From: Fistulifera solaris
Taxonomy: Eukaryota
Assembly: GCA_030295235.1 (NCBI GenBank)
Contig: AP026164.1
Location: 2,418,001-2,482,000 of the forward strand
Direction of reading: 5' to 3'
Length of the DNA stretch: 64,000 nt
Numbering within the stretch: the stretch's first letter is position 1; the number at the start of each line of letters is the position of its first letter. The position numbers and the translations under genes are program-made. Shown here piece after piece: positions 37,540 through 49,492 of the stretch. The notes below the pieces were generated by a model, which ran no database searches, had not been told where the DNA came from, and worked only from the letters and a program-made list of their open reading frames with translations.

Positions 37540-38670
37540 TTAATGAACCAAATAAGTATGTATCCATCGCTCAAAGTCTTCCATACTGAATCGCAAATGA
37601 TCTCCTGGAAAGGTTTCGAAATAATTTTTTCCTTGCGACTGGGCCGTAGCCAGACCGAAACTATCAAGAGTATACCATTCGGTTTCCTCCATCGTTAGAA
37701 TTCGTTCAAACGGATCGTCAGGATCAGGAGCACCCCATTGCTCTCCCTCTTTCGGCCATACCATCGCATCTTCGTCGGCCATGATCCAAACAAACTGCTG
37801 CGTCTTCAAATAATTCTCAATCCATGTTGTATTACTCTGAAAGTGTGGACCCTCTTGATTCCATCGTGCCAGTTGACTGTACTCGTAGTACAAAGGCATC
37901 GCAATGGGTCGAGGATCGCGCCAATAATTGGCTTGAAAGGAATGTTGTTGAGACCACTGGGTATACGCCCGATGCGATGCTTGTTCCATCAATAAGTCGC
38001 ACATACTAAAGCCGGTTTGAAACAACGAAGACAATGACGGACGACAGTAAGGTACCGCTCCTTCACCAGCGTTGACTCCGTTGATCGCAAGAAAGGTTTG
38101 TACGGCTGGTGCATTGTAACGCGTCATGTACCCACGAATGACATTATTCCCTTGCGACAGCCCAATGGCATGAAATCCATGTTGTAGTTGATCATCTTGT
38201 CGAATAGCTTCCGCAAAGACATCCACCGAAGCATCCATATTCAAGAAATACCCATTCTTGGTGTCTTCTTGTTGAGTCTTTCCGGTCGGAATACAAACTG
38301 TATAGACTCCATCCAACAATTGCGAAACATGTTGTGTCAAATGTTGCATTCCCTCATTGAAACAAGAATCTCCCATGCCGTGGGCGAGAACGACGGGAAG
38401 TTGCTGGGCATCGAGTTGACGTGATTTGGCGGCGACTTTGGTGATCGTCCATTCTTTGTCAAACGCCGCTGTTGTATTCTCCGTTCGCAGGTCGACTAAC
38501 AATTGATGATGACGCGCCCATTCGTTCATTTCTTGCGCAATTTGATCCGTATCTTTTTCTTCTAACCAACGACAAAGCACCGGATGCAATTGTCGCTCTT
38601 CCTCCGGGCAATACGACAGTATCGTAGCTGGAAGAACACACGCCATGTACAGTAAGAAGGGTCGAATCAT
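37540..38670 (-). CDS. PPT1: Palmitoyl-protein thioesterase 1-like
   Basis: Signal peptide, PVVLAHGMGDSCFN, nucleophile GLSQG, QANYWRDP, D in EDAMVWP and GDHL. Confidence 0.9.
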   Translation of the reverse strand: MIRPFLLYMACVLPATILSYCPEEERQLHPVLCRWLEEKDTDQIAQEMNEWARHHQLLVDLRTENTTAAFDKEWTITKVAAKSRQLDAQQLPVVLAHGMGDSCFNEGMQHLTQHVSQLLDGVYTVCIPTGKTQQEDTKNGYFLNMDASVDVFAEAIRQDDQLQHGFHAIGLSQGNNVIRGYMTRYNAPAVQTFLAINGVNAGEGAVPYCRPSLSSLFQTGFSMCDLLMEQASHRAYTQWSQQHSFQANYWRDPRPIAMPLYYEYSQLARWNQEGPHFQSNTTWIENYLKTQQFVWIMADEDAMVWPKEGEQWGAPDPDDPFERILTMEETEWYTLDSFGLATAQSQGKNYFETFPGDHLRFSMEDFERWIHTYLVH

Positions 38671-39349
38671 GATGATTGTTGATAAAGAGCTACAGACGCT
38701 CGGATACTTATCTATCAACCAATGTAGCAAGAAAGAAGATCTCTATAGATTCATTCGTATCCGTACCTGGTAGCACTTATTCACAATGCAGTCGTATCGA
38801 ACGAAGGATCATCACGCTGGATCACGAAAATACGCAATGCGATCGCTGCGCGCGACGGCGTTTTCGCAACTCACGACTAAAATCCAGTCGGAGAAGACTG
38901 GCCAACAGAGACCAGAAATCACGGCCAGAAACGAAGAAAAGCGTACATTCTTGTATTGACCTTACGTGTTCGTACGTACTTATGAATCAATTAACTGGAA
39001 TCATCATCTGGACTCACAGGTTCAAGTCATTTGTTATTCGGATTACTCCGCTTTCCAATATTTCCAACTTTCCAAAATCAGCACCACTTTATGGTTCGGT
39101 GTTGAGGCGTGGCTCCCGATCGAGGTGCGTGATGAAAAGAGTAGATAAAAAACGACAGATCTGAGTTTCTATGCATAATTCGCAAATAAATGAAGCAGAT
39201 TGATTCGCATTTGCCATCAAAGCTTTCGGCATTACGTCTCCATGCAGGCATTGACAACGCCAAAGAACTCACTGGAATTCTGATCATTAGTTGCCGACGT
39301 CCGAAGCTTCAGCCATCCGTTCTCTTTATGCTCTCACCGCCTCAAAAGC

Positions 39350-39559
39350 ATGGATAAGCAAGTAGCATCTCCCTCGTTCAATTCGTTGAAATCGTTGCGA
39401 TCCACATTGCTCGAGACTAAGCGAATGAATCGTGATCGTCGTCAGTTTCGGAATGCCGTGCGGCATGCCGACCTCGTCGCGATTCTCAAACAAGCCTTAG
39501 AATTGCTCGATGCCGAAGACTTCAAAGATTGGGACAAGGAAGCTCAAGCCAATGCTTAA
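39350..39559 (+). CDS. Small hypothetical protein with ILKQALELLD helix
   Basis: ATG-initiated 69-aa ORF sharing a motif with 37210-37479. Confidence 0.55.
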   Translation: MDKQVASPSFNSLKSLRSTLLETKRMNRDRRQFRNAVRHADLVAILKQALELLDAEDFKDWDKEAQANA

Positions 39560-39935
39560 CGGATGAAAATATGCTTAGCAATTCTGTGACACCGCAAGTC
39601 GGTCGAATGTAGCGCATTAATATATGAACATAGACACTCGTTAGTAAACGCCAAAGCGTATTCTGTAGCTAAGAATTGGATTCGATAGTTTATAAGAAAC
39701 AGGAGCAGCTGCCGATCACTAATTGTCATCATTCGCTCGATTCAATAACAACAGAAAGCAAATTGTTCTTGACAAATAATAATCATTTTCTGACGTAACA
39801 TTTGACATCCATGAAAAGGCCCATAACCGTTAACGAATAGACTCCATGCATAAAATGAATAAATTATCGTTATCGAAATCCTCCTCTACTGTTCGATTCC
39901 GTCGTATCTGCCTCTGAAAGAACAGGATTAGTCGA

Positions 39936-41701
39936 TCAGGCAGCCTCTTCCATGCCATCCTCCACGTATTTGAGAATGTTCTGCAAGAAGCGATCCACGA
40001 CGCGCGTCTGGTTGACGACATCCGTCCGGTTCATCTGTTCCAGCGGCTTTTCCGACAGTTCGCTCAAATGCTCCGTGAACTTCTCCAACATTTCCTGATG
40101 GTACTCGAATCGATCCCGTATCAAACTATTCGCAGGTTCGTGCTCGAAAGCATAATAAGCATACACATACGTGTACTTCAAAACACGACGGCATTCTACC
40201 AACAACTCGTTAGCGACTTTCAAAAACTCGACATCGCTCCATTTGGCCGTTACTCTCGATGAGGACAATTCCTGCCATTGAATCATGCGCTGTTCCGTTT
40301 CCCGTAACTGCTTGAGTGCGAATTTCTGCCCCTCCTCGTGTGCGTGGTAGCGTTTGTAGTAATGCAAGTAGCGATTGAGTTGACGGCGGGCGGCGTCTGT
40401 ATCACTCGATCCACCTTCCTGAGACGAATCAAACTTGTTGCACTTGTAATAGCCTCCCGTGTTGGCATCATGTTCACGCCAGTCTCCCATACAAATCCAG
40501 CAGAACTCGTGTCGACATTTCTGACAAGTCATGTGATTGCATCCATTGTTCTTTTCGATGCGGGTGACACAACTGGGACATTCTTTGGTGTTCGCAAGTA
40601 TCCAGTTGGCCGTTTCACTCTCGTCACGACACTTGTCGTGCCACACCTGCAAACTGCGACAGGGGACGGGACGGTGAGGTTCATTGTGTCCACACATCAT
40701 GCAAAAGCGCGTGTCACAATGGTCACAATGCGCCAGTCCAATAGCCGCATCCATAGCCGACGCTGTCGGTGCCCAAGCGATGCACTCACAACCAGGGCCC
40801 GGACACCATCGAGTCAACGTATTTGCTTCCACAAATGCTTTGAGTTGAAACTGTTGGTATTTATTCCACAAATTCGGATGCGACGGCTCCAAGGCCGGTT
40901 GAATTTCATCTTGTGTGACCATTTCCGGACATCCCGCGTGAGGGCAGGTGCTCGACGCACGTCCTTCGTGCTGCACGAGATTCACGGCAAAATCTGTCCA
41001 ACAATCTCCACAAAAGGCGTGTCCACACGGCATGGCTTTCAAGGGTGAAGTAGGAGAAGCATCTTCCATACAAATGGGACACATGTCGGCGGCCGACGCT
41101 TCCGGATAAGGATTTCCCGAACAACGATGATAAACTCCCGCTCGTTTCCATATCTTTTCCGGGTCATCATTCGTATAGCTCTCCATCAATCGTTCTTTCG
41201 AGAATTGGTAGGACTGCAACAAAGCCATGGCGGTAGCCTGCGAAACACCGAGCATTTCCGTGACTTCATCGCAACGTTGTTGTAATGTCGGCCACAAATC
41301 GGATGTTTTCATCATACGAATTGTCGCAGTTGTCGGTGTGGAGGCTGCTGCTGCTGCTGCTGTGAAAGGTTGTAAGAATCGATTGTGAGTGAATACTTGT
41401 TATATAAGGAACATGGGTTGCTGCGGCCTTTGTACTCGATTCATTTCTCCCGCCCGTGCGCTGTTACTTCCTCTTTTAAAGAAGCAACGAAACTAAGATT
41501 TTGAATCAAAAGAAACGTACCCTTGTAGAAAGAGGATTGCACCGGAGCCGCATTGGGATTTTCGAGTGCCATGGCTTCTTTCTCGTCCGGATCCAGCGAA
41601 GTATCGTCGTTAGCGTCGTCGTCATTTTGACTCATAAATACATCATTGTCATCTTCATCCGACGAATAGGCATAATATTCATTCTCATCTGACATGCTCA
41701 T
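39936..41701 (-). CDS. Ariadne-family RBR E3 ubiquitin ligase; intron 41360-41520
   Basis: Acidic exon 1, RING1 (CPIC..CGHAFC), IBR (WCPGPGC), RING2 (IEKNNGCNHMTC..FCWIC) and Ariadne domain (RYLHYY, ECRRVLKYTY). Confidence 0.95.
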
Positions 41702-42855
41702 GTTTGAAATATGTTAATCAATGAAAAGGAATCAAAGAAACTGTTATGAAGGATACCGTTCGTACACGATTCCGGGTCGCTTCTCTCGATCTTTCTTGTG
41801 TACAAAGTATGACACGTCTGTTAGTAGCGCCTTTTCTGCGTTCCTCTTTCTCTCTATTTTTATAACAAAAGAAGTACTCCCTTGAATGACAAGAACACCA
41901 ACAAGAGAGGAAATAGTGTTTGTTTAGCAAAAGTCTCTTGTTGCGTCGAATTAGAAGTGTCATCGTTCGTTCGATTTTAGCAAAAAAAAAAGCGCAGCGG
42001 CGCGAGAGCGGCGAGAAGCGAGAACATCCCTCCAAAGAACAAGCAACATGTCACAGAGGGACTAGAGACCTAACTCTTTATGTGTAGAATTATGATATGG
42101 TAGGGACTGAAATACTCTGAGGTGTCCCAGGTAATGAACAGAATAAGGAGACGTACGTGGTACAGTTTGTGATATAGAAAAGAGAGACGTTGGTCGCCGG
42201 TTAAATTACTTAGGTCGATGCAATGCCAACGGCTGACTTGTTCTGTGACGTGGCAATAGCCAATCAGAATCCGTTCTCCCAAATATTCTCCCACTTAACG
42301 TTCTCCCCATTAACAGTTCTCACATTTTGAGGTCTTTTGTGCACCAATAAGCCATCATCGTTTTCTCCGACATGAATCTTTTGTGCCAACGGAACGATAA
42401 CTGACATCAAAATGAAATTAATAGGCAAAAATAACGAGTTCTACGTAGATTTTGTGTAGGGAAATTTATCGAAAGGGTGGGCGGTATTGTACCCGCATTT
42501 TAGTTGAGATTCGAAATGAATATTTCAGTTTTAAGACTTTTATGGGTGTCAAGGGAAATTTCGGTTTTTATTTGAAGCGCAACAGTACGTAGTAATAGCG
42601 TTTCTCCGAGAAACTGCACTATCTCGATTTCCATGCATGAAAGCACGGAATCAAATTCCGCCATGATCTGCCAGCCAGTCTTGATATCGCCACGATCACG
42701 ACTGGATTTCAGTCACGATCTCCTACTTTTGCGCCAAACCAAATACCAGTACCAGTAGGAGTAGTGATGGAAATAATAATAATGCAATAAACAGGATGAA
42801 AATTAAGAGCATGATTCATACAGTCGTTTCTTTTTTTAAAAATTTAACAAACATC

Positions 42856-43350
42856 ATGTCATCTTCGAACCCGGCAATCTACCGACGCGTCGCCTCTCAC
42901 GAGAATTTAGATGATACGTCGTCGAGTGATTCGGCTCCCCCGCGCTCTCTCTCGGACCGCTGCATGGATAAGGGAATTGCTCTTCTGTGGGTCTTTCTTG
43001 CTTTAGTAACACATCACAAATGCCACGTTTCCACGACACTCTTTTCGAAGGAATCAAACGCTTTGCAACCTTTGTTGCAAGTTATAGCGTTGTTACTCGG
43101 TGTTCAAGTCGTCTTGGCGACCTATCTCTGTGTGTATCTGCCGTACATCAAACAACTCGATAGTTCCGCATGGCCCGTCTATTGTCCTCGGATCATCCCG
43201 ACGGCTTCGGGATTGGGTGCAGTTACAGTCGTTTTATTGATCCGGGCCTGTTGGCCGGTTTGGGGATTTTTGACCCCGTTGATATTGAGCATTCAATTCA
43301 TGGGCTTATTGTTTGTAAGTCAGCTGATTCCTTGGCCTTTTGGGGGTTGA
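42856..43350 (+). CDS. TMEM128-like membrane protein
   Basis: Four hydrophobic segments with WPVYCPRIIP and WPVWGFLTPLIL..FMG. Confidence 0.7.
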   Translation: MSSSNPAIYRRVASHENLDDTSSSDSAPPRSLSDRCMDKGIALLWVFLALVTHHKCHVSTTLFSKESNALQPLLQVIALLLGVQVVLATYLCVYLPYIKQLDSSAWPVYCPRIIPTASGLGAVTVVLLIRACWPVWGFLTPLILSIQFMGLLFVSQLIPWPFGG

Positions 43351-43572
43351 GCCGAATCGACAGACATGTGAATGAAGACTATACAGATCGAGCGCTGGGG
43401 GTTTATCACAGTGTTGTAAGAATGGGCTTTGCATGGAATTGCTTACATCATGTAAACAAGCAACCTTGTTGTTTAAGTGTTTGAAAGACAAATTATCCGT
43501 ACTACCAGGATGTACATACGTTACTTTGTAGAAAGGCTTTCATTCAGTTATTAATATTGGTCGTCTACGATT

Positions 43573-44071
43573 TCATTCCTTCTTTTCCTCTAAAGATGCT
43601 TTGGGCGGAAAGGGTTTCGGAGGGGAAGACAAAGTCTCGTGGTAATGACTCTTCGCAGATGTCTGTTGCCACGGCCATATAGACTCATCATTGTTGCTGC
43701 CCGAATCTTTGGAACCCACACTGGTGGAAAGCATCGCCGACAAATCTTTGTAGCGTCGACGTCCTTCCGATAGGGCTCGTGCTAGATCTTGGTGATCGGC
43801 CGATCGAAATTCGTTCCGTACTTGTTGCAACAATTCGGGAGAAGCTTTCGGAATCATTCGCAAGTATTGTCGATACAGATTCCGTACTTGCGCTTGTTGT
43901 TGAAAGTCTTTAAGGGATAATAAATTTTTGGGATCGTCGTCATTCATAAAAAAAGCGGTGCCGACGTCGTTTCATGGTGGTGGATGAGGAAGTCGAAAGC
44001 GCGCGGCTACCAAAAAGTACGCTATGCCAAGAATGAAACGATCTGTGGATTGTCGTAAACAAGGAGTTCAT
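43573..44071 (-). CDS. LYR-motif protein (LYRM2-like); presequence joined via a homopolymer frameshift
   Basis: LSLKDF...VRNLYRQYLR...VRNEFR. Upstream ATG 44071 gives an Arg/Ser-rich leader. Confidence 0.7.
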
Positions 44072-44388
44072 TCTATTTGATAATTAATTGTTATGTGGCT
44101 TCAGTGATTTGCATTAAAGGTCCAATTTGAAAGCATCAATGCTTTTCTGCCTCCGCATTTTCCTCACAACATTATTTTCACAATGCACTGGTCGACGGTT
44201 GTCACACAGACAAATTGTTTGCTAAGGTTGTAAGGCGCCACAAAGCTAAACTTTCATTAATGCCAACTAACAAGCAACAAACATCAACAGTATGTATAAG
44301 AAATATCTAAGTTAAACCTATGAAGAAAGTTTCTTTCAAAAACAGAGTCAGTGCTAGCAAAGGGTCTACGTTATGTTTCCCACTAACT

Positions 44389-46573
44389 TTATACTTCCGC
44401 CACACGATGTGCCGCCGAAGTCGCTGCGAATTCCAAATCAACTTCCAAATCCACTGCTTGACGTTCTTCTTGTGAGATAGATGCTTTTCGAGCTGCCATA
44501 GTTGCTTCGTCGACCTCAAATTCGGATAATTGCAACAAACTCGATAACGATTCTACCAGCTCCGGTGCTACGGCCGTTTGGTACAATTGCTTGGCCAAAA
44601 ATCGTGTCGTCGCGTCGGGTAACACTTGTGTAAACTCATCGACAACACCATCTGTTGCCAGTTGTGCTTTCGCATCCACTAGCATTTGTTTCGCCATTTT
44701 ATTGGCCAGTAGCAAGTGCTCCGAAGTGCCATCTTGGCAAGTCGATAGCGCGGTATTATATGTCAAGACATTGGGATTCACCTGCCGAGAACGCATACGA
44801 GAAAGCCATTCCAAAGCCAATGCGGGTTGACGGTGTTCTCGATAAGCACAGGCTGCTACCGCCGTCGTGTACGACACGACCGACGGCTCAATGCCTTCTT
44901 GCAACATACCCACAATGATCCCTTCACAAGCTTGATGATTGCCCAGTTTCGCCAACCGCTTCAAGGCAATGTTGAATGTGATCAAGTTACCTTCCGTATT
45001 GTGTGTATTTTTCATGGCATCCAGTACAGTCAATGTCAATTCTTCTTCGCCACAAATTTCGCAGGCATTCATGCACGTATTGAAAACAGTCAACGGTGGC
45101 TTTTCAGCCTTGCCGTTTTGATACAACTGTACCCAATCGAGTAATAACGCCGTCGCACGCTTCGACTTGCGTGCCTTGGCACAGCACGTGACCACGGTCC
45201 GCCAGGTCACGACATTGGGACGCAATTCCCGTTGCAACTGCAAAGTCAACAATTTGACCGCCAGTTTCCATTGTCCTTCTTCTTGCACGGCCCGCGAAAT
45301 GGCGCGTTGATGCAATCGCGTGGCCGCGCGACGCACATGTTGATGACTCGTCGCGACCGCGACATCTCCACCCGGCGTGGTGGCCGCTGCCGTCAACAAC
45401 CGTAGACCCAACGCCACATTGTCCATTTGATCGGCCGCAACAATGGCATTGCCCAATAAATTGATCCCATCTTCGTTCAGTGAAGACAGCTGCTCTAAAT
45501 CGTATCCAGCGGCTTTGGCATATCCCAACAAGGTGGGCATGTGCGAAGCGGCGCCTTCCACTTTTTGTTGTACCATGGCGTAGGCCGTATTGGCAAAACA
45601 TTTGAGGGAAGGAGGTGTTTCCGTCCGTTCTGTAATCATGTATTTCATTTGTGCCATGGCTTCGTCGACGGCACCTTCTTTGGCGAGAGCGACGGTAATT
45701 TTTCAAGGGTCTCCAATTGCAACGGTACTTGCATAATTTCGAATGCCGCTTGCATACCCAACGCTGTATCGATACCGCCGAAACCTTGATGTGTCGTGGA
45801 ATGGGCATCATCATTGCCAATCGCGTTGACAATACAATAGTTGGCAGCTGTTTCACTGACTTTGAGACCCCGTTCAGCCATTTCATCCAATATTTTGCGC
45901 ACTGGTTCTGCCGCACGCGCTCCCTGCAATCGATTCGCCATACAAGCCGCCAGCGTCGCTTCAAAGACGGTCGGAGGCAAATCGTGCGTCGCATCATACC
46001 GCCGAACGAGTGTTTTCAATTTGCGCGTCGCTGCTTTCCAATGGTACTGTTCAGCTTTAAGTAGAATGTCTTTGATGAGTTCTTTGTATTCGTATTCCGG
46101 GTCAGTAATGTCGACAAATTCGATCAGACCCTGCAGTTCGTCCGTGACGGTGGGCTATATATATATATAGCGAAAAGCAAAAGGATTGGTGAGAAAACGG
46201 AACGTGTGCAACAACGGAATAGCATCAATACGGTCGTACCTGACAATTCTCATCCAATTCTCCCGTTTCGGTCAAATTGCATTCAACGATCGCCGCCTTT
46301 CGCAATCGATCTCTCAATTGAGTAGTCGTTCCCTTGTGAGGAAGTTGTCGTTGTGACAATTCTTCCCGCAATTCTCGATAACGCAATTTGGAGACCAAAT
46401 CCAGTGTCAGTGACGATGTCGTTGGCGTTGTCGATGACGAGGATGATGAGACGGCGGATTCCGAAAAGAGACGACTAGTAGTACTCTCGAAGAAAGAACG
46501 GACCGTCGAAGTCGCAATCCAAGCACAAGTTGGTTGGACAAGTAATAAAAAGAAAGAAAAAATGAAATTTCAT
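44389..46573 (-). CDS. SAP-domain + PPR-repeat protein, probably plastid-targeted; intron 46155-46239; frameshifts
   Basis: SAP motif KLRYRELREELSQRQLPHKGTTTQLRDRL; PPRs PNVVTW, PSVVSYTTAVAAC and PNVLTYNTAL. Confidence 0.85.
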
Positions 46574-47337
46574 GTTTTTGATATTGATGTGCGTGGCTTG
46601 TGAGCTTTGGTAGGTTTCTAGAGGTGACGATCTTTCCAAGTAGATAACAGACTGAATCCTTGAAACGGCTACTTCTTTTTTCTTTCACAGAATCGAAAGA
46701 ATGCAAAAAAAAGGTAAAGGAGCGCCGAGTGAATTGACGTATAACGAAATAACTACTCTGAAGATATGCAAAAACGAGAGATCTGCAAATCTTTGTTGTG
46801 AGCTGAGTGGAATGAACTACTGATACCAGTCTACGGGAGAGCAAAGTCAGCAAACAAAATCATCATGACTTTGTACACGATGATGAGAGTCGTCGTCTGT
46901 TTTGCAAGTTGCAAATCCAACGATGAGCTGGCCTCGAATGAGAACACACGAAAAAGTGTCGCGATCGGCAAAATGCCGCGAGCAGAGTGTGATACGCACT
47001 GCGATGTGACGTGTACTCGGAGGCGTCGTCATTCGTCCCTGTCTGACGTGAGGTATGAGTCATGTCTCAAGTGACATAAGTCACGAAACATCCCAAGAAT
47101 GCGAGTGAGGGACAGACGACCGCGTGACGGCTGGAACTGTGACGTGTTTTTTCGCGGTTTGGTGTTGCCGACGGTTGTCGCAAGGATCAAGGATCAATAA
47201 GGTTGGATTGCCGATCCTGACAATCGATCGGCAACTTTCTTGTTATTGACACTCAACTAAACTTTTATCTTCAGATAAATAGTTCATTACCGCCGTTGCT
47301 AGAGTCAGACTAATTTGTCGGTTAGATCACCGCAAAC

Positions 47338-47901
47338 ATGGTGAAAAATTACACAACATCCGTGGCACAATGTATCGGCTTCTTGCTGTTCTTGGTTTCG
47401 ACACACAGTTTTGCACCCCGACAGCCGATGATGCTCAAAGCACAACCACCTGTACAACAGCAACGGACGACTGCTCTTGCGGTGACCGATCTGGATGTCA
47501 TTGGACTCGTCGCCGGACAAGAGAATTACGGACTCGCCATTGTGTGTCTCGGTGAAGCACTGTGGAGTTTTGCACAAGCACCGAGTCTTTCACACGCCAA
47601 AGTCTTAGTACCAGCCGTGGTTGCTACAGGACTTTTAGTTGGCGCCAGTGGCCCCATGATTACTTCGGGAGATGCCTCTACGGTGGCGACCGGATTGTGG
47701 TTGGCGACGGGAGTCTCGGTCGGCTTGGGAGTTAGTTACGTGGTGCGTTTGTTGGCGCCCTTTTCTCCCAGTCCCAAAGAAATTGCCGCACTGGGATTAC
47801 TTGTGGCGGTCGCTGGTTTCTTTTCATTTTCTCAAAATCTCGTCGTCGATGGATTTGTGACGTTGCCGTCGCTTCCGACTATTTCGCTACCAAGTTTTTA
47901 A
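47338..47901 (+). CDS. Plastid-targeted multi-pass membrane protein of unknown function
   Basis: Signal peptide + THS-FAP motif, several hydrophobic helices, intact ORF. Confidence 0.7.
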   Translation: MVKNYTTSVAQCIGFLLFLVSTHSFAPRQPMMLKAQPPVQQQRTTALAVTDLDVIGLVAGQENYGLAIVCLGEALWSFAQAPSLSHAKVLVPAVVATGLLVGASGPMITSGDASTVATGLWLATGVSVGLGVSYVVRLLAPFSPSPKEIAALGLLVAVAGFFSFSQNLVVDGFVTLPSLPTISLPSF

Positions 47902-48092
47902 AGACGAAATACCGAAAACAAGAAAAAAAGAAGGAATACGGTACCGTAGCTCGATGCCTAACCAGTAATAAACAATTGCTAGATACTTTAAGGTTATGCA
48001 ATTCACACAACGGTTCTTTCACTGCTACAAAATAAACAATTTCTTTCCCCTTCCTTCATCGTTACCCCCAAAATTACCCCTCAAACAAAACA

Positions 48093-48635
48093 TCATTCGG
48101 TACTGTCCGTTTCCGCCGTGATTTCATCATCACAATCTTCTTCCGGAATTTCTTTCGAGGATGGTATATCCCAAGCACACAAATACTCCGTCCATGTGGA
48201 ACCACAGGACGCCATAGCCGACGCGCGGGCGACAAGTCGTTCCAATTCTTGCACTCGTTTCTGCAAAGAAACCGTCTTACGCGTCAATTTACTCAAATCT
48301 TTTCGTGCTGCATCTCTTTCTGTGCGTACTCGTTGTAATGTTTGTATAGTACTTTCGTGTTCGTGTTGCAGTTCCTGGTATTGTTGCTGTTGTTGTTGCA
48401 AGGCGTTCTCCAATTGATCTATTTTCCCGCGTCCGTAATACGAAAACGCTTCTATTTTTTCTCTCGTCTGTAGATATTGTCGTTGTAAATCATCCAAAAG
48501 AGCGTGGGATACTAAATCCACTGCCTGACTGGTGGGGACGGCACATGTTGTGGTTGTGTTGATTTTCGTTTTGGGTGTCACCACTTTTGGGTTACCGGCC
48601 AGTCCACACGCTTCTGATCGTGTTCCGCTCTGCAT
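48093..48635 (-). CDS. Hypothetical coiled-coil protein
   Basis: 180-aa ORF with a heptad-rich Q/E/L/R centre. Confidence 0.55.
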   Translation of the reverse strand: MQSGTRSEACGLAGNPKVVTPKTKINTTTTCAVPTSQAVDLVSHALLDDLQRQYLQTREKIEAFSYYGRGKIDQLENALQQQQQQYQELQHEHESTIQTLQRVRTERDAARKDLSKLTRKTVSLQKRVQELERLVARASAMASCGSTWTEYLCAWDIPSSKEIPEEDCDDEITAETDSTE

Positions 48636-49492
48636 TTCTAATCGCGCTCTATTGTTAATAGACTGATTCCATCAAACAATGGTACCTGGTAAGATTAAAG
48701 AGTTGATTGACTACAAGTAATGGTCAACCGATCGTCCGTGTTCGTTGTTTTACGAAAAGTAGAAGAGGTGCAAAATGTTGCACTCTCGCGAGCGAGCTCG
48801 TCCGTTCTGTTCCCATTTTTGTCGACAGCTTGTCCGTTGCTTCACCAACGGATATGATGTAGATTTTATGTTAAGTACTCAAGAACAGTCAACTTCCCCC
48901 GTGAATGTATGGAGTACGTCCATTCCCGAGCTAATGGCGTCCATTCTTCTTCTGTTGCTTTTGCTACTTGCTATCACCAAAAGTCCCCCATGCTACTTAT
49001 GTGTAGGTCAAACATTGACTTTGCAAATGCGCTATGTGTTACTTCTCATTGAATCGTCTCGTGCATTGTGCACCTTCGATTTGGAGCCCCATGTTTTCCG
49101 TTTTTATTTCAGTTACTTCATGTTAACACCTTTTCAACACAAATGCCTTATCGTCTAATAGAAATCCGCAACAACGATCAAGATATATTATACATGACCG
49201 TCGCCGGCAACGCTACTACCTGGTAAAGCAGGTCGATTGATCCAACAACATCACTCATGACTCATGACTGAAATACAGTCGGGGCAAAAGGTCGTCAACA
49301 CAATGAGGCTATAGTAGTAGAGACTTCCTTTAGAATGACACAAATAATGCCGTCAACGTCCATTCGTCGTCGCTCGTCGCACATTCCGATATTTCGATTC
49401 ATTGCAAACTGTTTTTCACAAAGTCAAACGCATTTTGTATAACTCCGTACAAAGGACCAAGCTCACTAAAAGACAGGATCGAGTGTTGACTT

